Shown: piece by piece, positions 61,312 to 64,000 of the stretch | Layout of the letters: every line of letters starts with the position of its first letter | Position numbering within the stretch: the first letter of the stretch is position 1 | Assembly: GCA_963785725.1 (NCBI GenBank) | Contig: CAWAWS010000033.1 | Span: forward strand, 128,001-192,000 | DNA from: an uncultured delta proteobacterium | GTDB lineage: Bacteria; Myxococcota_A; Polyangia; Palsa-1104 | DNA length: 64,000 nucleotides | Reading direction: 5' to 3' | Translations under genes and position numbers: made by a program | Notes under the pieces: model-generated | What the model was told of the DNA's origin: nothing | The model's input: only the letters and a program-made list of their open reading frames with translations | Database searches by the model: none

Positions 61312-61932
61312 ATGCGACTTCACTTCAGCCCCTATTCCGCCAACTCGCGCCGCGTCGTCATGGCGGCCATCGCGCTCGGCCGTGATCTCGAGCTGGTGCC
61401 GGTCGATCTGGCCAAGCGTGAGCAGCGGCAGGCGGCGTTCCTGCAGCTCAACCCGTGCGGGCGCGTGCCGGTGCTCGAAGACGGCGACTTCGTGCTCACC
61501 GAGTCGCACGCGATCATTCAATATCTCGCCGAGCAGACGCCGGAGCAGGCGCTCTATCCGACGGGCTTGCGCTCGCGGGCCGACGTCAATCGCTGGCTGT
61601 TTTGGTCGGCGCAGCACTGGCAGCCGTCGATCAGCGTCGTCAGCTGGGAGCGCGTCGTCAAGCCGCTCGTCGGCGCCGGACCGGCCGATCCCAACGAGAT
61701 CGCGCGCGGCGAGCGGCTCGTCCTCGAGAACGCGCGCGTGCTCGATCAGCAGCTGGCCGACAAACAGTGGGTGACGCAAGATCGGCTGACCTTGGCCGAT
61801 TTGGCGTTGGCGGCGCCGCTGCAAGTGATGGTGCCGGCGCAGCTGCCGCTGGCTGATTTCCGCCATTTGCAGGCTTGGTTCGCGCGTGTCCAGGCGCTCG
61901 ACGCCTGGAAGCGGAGCGGCGCGGCGCGGTGA
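61312..61932 (+). CDS. Glutathione S-transferase
   Basis: LNPCGRVPVLEDGDFVLTESHAIIQYLAE; LTLADL; AGGAG RBS. Confidence 0.95.
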   Translation: MRLHFSPYSANSRRVVMAAIALGRDLELVPVDLAKREQRQAAFLQLNPCGRVPVLEDGDFVLTESHAIIQYLAEQTPEQALYPTGLRSRADVNRWLFWSAQHWQPSISVVSWERVVKPLVGAGPADPNEIARGERLVLENARVLDQQLADKQWVTQDRLTLADLALAAPLQVMVPAQLPLADFRHLQAWFARVQALDAWKRSGAAR

Positions 61933-62035
61933 TCGCGGTCGCAAGCACACGTTCGCTCGAGGGTCATAGTTGCGGCATGAAAGCGGTTGCGCGACTGTTC
62001 TGCGGTCCGACATGACAATCGAAGCGGGAGGGGTG

Positions 62036-64000
62036 ATGCGAAGCTCAATGTTGCGGGGATTCTTCTGTCTGACGATGGCGATGCTGGCGAGCGGTGTGGC
62101 GGCGGCGGCCGAGACGCCGCCGCCGCTCATCGCGCGCGACGTGCTGTTCGGCAACCCGGAGCGCATCGCGCCGCAGCTGTCGCCCGACGGCAAGCGGCTG
62201 GCGTGGCTGGCGCCGGACACGAAGAACGTGCTGCAGGTGTGGGTCAAGACGGTGGCGCTCACCGACAAGAGCGACGAGAAGATGGTGACGGCCGACAAGA
62301 AGCGCGGCATTCGCAGCTACTTCTGGGCCAAGGACAATCGCACGCTGCTCTACATCCAGGACGCGGACGGCGACGAGAACTGGCACGTCTACGGCGTCGA
62401 TTTGACGAGCGGCACGGTGCGCGATTTGACGCCGTTTCAGGGCGTGAACGCGGCCGTGATCGCCGTCAACGAGAAGTTCCCGCACGCGCTGCTGGTGCAG
62501 ATGAACGTGCGCAACAAGGCGCTGCACGACGTCTATCGCTGTGATCTCGAGACCGGGGCGTTGACGCTCGACACGCAGAATCCGGGCGACGTCGCGGGCT
62601 GGGTCGTCGACAACCACATGGTCGTGCGCGGCGCGCACGTCTCGCTGCCCGACGGTGGCACCGAGCTGCGCGTGCGCGATTCGGCCAAAGGGGCGTGGCG
62701 CACGCTGTTGAAGGCGTCGATGGAGGAGGACCTCGCCTTTTACGGCTTCACGCCCGACGGCAAGCGCGCCTATTTGAGCACGTCGCTCGGCAGCGACACG
62801 GCGCGCCTGGCCGAGCACGATCTGAAGACCGGCGCCGAGAAGACGCTGGCGCAGCGCGACGACGTCGATATCGGCGGCGTCGTCGTGCAGCCGCGCACGG
62901 AGAAGATCCAAGGCGTGTCGTTCATGCCGGGACGGCTCGTGTGGACGATCATCGACCCGTCCATCAAAGACGACTTCGCGGCGATTCAAAAGGTCATGGA
63001 CGCCGACGTCAATGTCGTGAGCCGCGATGATGACGACCAGACGTGGCTCGTGGCGTATCAGCGCGATCGCGGGCCGATCAGCTACTACACGTATTCGCGG
63101 GGGACGAAGCAGGCGACGTTCATGTTCGTGCATCAGCCGAAGCTCAACGGGCTGACGCTGGCGGAGATGAAGCCGTACACGATCGATGCGCGCGACGGGG
63201 TGAAGCTGCCGATCTACGTGACGTTGCCGCCGGGGCGCGATCCGAAGGGCTTGCCGCTCGTGCTGTTCGTGCACGGTGGACCGTGGGCGCGCGACGGCTG
63301 GGGCTACAACCCTAGCGCGCAGTGGCTGGCCAATCGCGGCTATGCCGTATTGCAGGTGAACTACCGCGGCTCGACGGGCTACGGCAAAAAGTTCCTGCAC
63401 CTCGGCGACAAGCAGTGGGGCAAGACGATGCATACCGACCTGCTCGACTCGGTCAACTGGATGGTCAAGCAGGGCTGGGTCGATCCCAAGCGCGTCGCCA
63501 TCATGGGCGGCTCGTACGGCGGCTATGCGGCGTTGGCGGGCGCGGCGTTCACGCCTGACTTCTTCAAGTGCTCGGTGGATATCGTCGGGCCGTCGAACTT
63601 GTTCACGCTGTTGAAGACGATTCCGCCCTATTGGAAGCCGATGATCGCGGTGTTCTACACGCGCATGGGCGATCCCGAGAAAGATCAGGCGCTGTTGCAC
63701 GCGGCGTCGCCGCTGTTCTCGGCCGACAAGATCAGGATTCCGATGCTGATCGGACAGGGCGCGAACGATCCGCGCGTCAATCAGGCGGAGTCGGAGCAGA
63801 TCGTGTCGGCGCTGGAGAAGAACGGGCAGCACGCCGTCTATGTGCTCTATCCCGACGAAGGGCACGGGTTTGCGCGGCCGGAGAATCGCATCGACTTCAA
63901 CGCGCGGGCCGAGAAGTTCCTGTCCGAGCAGCTGGGTGGTCGCTACGAGCCGCTCAAGGGCGAGAAGATTCCGGGCTCGACAGCGGTCGTGCGCGAAGTC
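62036..64000 (+). CDS. Secreted S9 family peptidase (dipeptidyl aminopeptidase/acylaminoacyl peptidase), runs off window end
   Basis: Absent from the ORF track (no stop in window); MRSSMLRGFF..PPLIARDVLFGNP; VHGGPW, GGSYGG (Ser), NDPRV (Asp), DEGHGF (His). Confidence 0.93.
   Translation, partial: MRSSMLRGFFCLTMAMLASGVAAAAETPPPLIARDVLFGNPERIAPQLSPDGKRLAWLAPDTKNVLQVWVKTVALTDKSDEKMVTADKKRGIRSYFWAKDNRTLLYIQDADGDENWHVYGVDLTSGTVRDLTPFQGVNAAVIAVNEKFPHALLVQMNVRNKALHDVYRCDLETGALTLDTQNPGDVAGWVVDNHMVVRGAHVSLPDGGTELRVRDSAKGAWRTLLKASMEEDLAFYGFTPDGKRAYLSTSLGSDTARLAEHDLKTGAEKTLAQRDDVDIGGVVVQPRTEKIQGVSFMPGRLVWTIIDPSIKDDFAAIQKVMDADVNVVSRDDDDQTWLVAYQRDRGPISYYTYSRGTKQATFMFVHQPKLNGLTLAEMKPYTIDARDGVKLPIYVTLPPGRDPKGLPLVLFVHGGPWARDGWGYNPSAQWLANRGYAVLQVNYRGSTGYGKKFLHLGDKQWGKTMHTDLLDSVNWMVKQGWVDPKRVAIMGGSYGGYAALAGAAFTPDFFKCSVDIVGPSNLFTLLKTIPPYWKPMIAVFYTRMGDPEKDQALLHAASPLFSADKIRIPMLIGQGANDPRVNQAESEQIVSALEKNGQHAVYVLYPDEGHGFARPENRIDFNARAEKFLSEQLGGRYEPLKGEKIPGSTAVVREV

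Overview
High-GC bacterial window whose gene content points to Myxococcota, probably Polyangia-like (inference): four eukaryotic-like Ser/Thr kinases, PEGA/TPR proteins, Gly-rich-linker lipoproteins, a PilT paralog and an orphan DctP. It holds about 45 genes. I saw no rRNA, tRNA, CRISPR array or transposase. Five loci carry single-base indels (about 7224, 9121, 13220-13695, 42820-42842, 56560) that look like read errors; one artificially fuses a giant protein to a downstream kinase-like gene. Highlights: (1) a ~3,790-aa tandem DUF4157 (eCIS-core/PVC metallopeptidase-like) protein with a ~2,100-aa beta-rich body, preceded by a Sel1 gene and followed by a tightly spaced run encoding a His-less HATPase, a helical protein and two YkgJ/FliB-family CxxCxxxCC proteins; (2) two paralogous copies of a three-part module: membrane Ser/Thr kinase with PEGA-like domain and [ND]PF tail, TPR protein with a PVYKKWWLWT membrane tail, and lipoprotein(s) sharing an N-terminal beta-sandwich with variable cargo; (3) back-to-back GTAAC-N-CGTA ECF promoters linking a SigF/NrsF-like pair to an adenylate cyclase; (4) an AI-2E transporter-receiver fusion; (5) several unexplained palindromic sites. 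All assignments come from motif recognition by eye; no searches were run.
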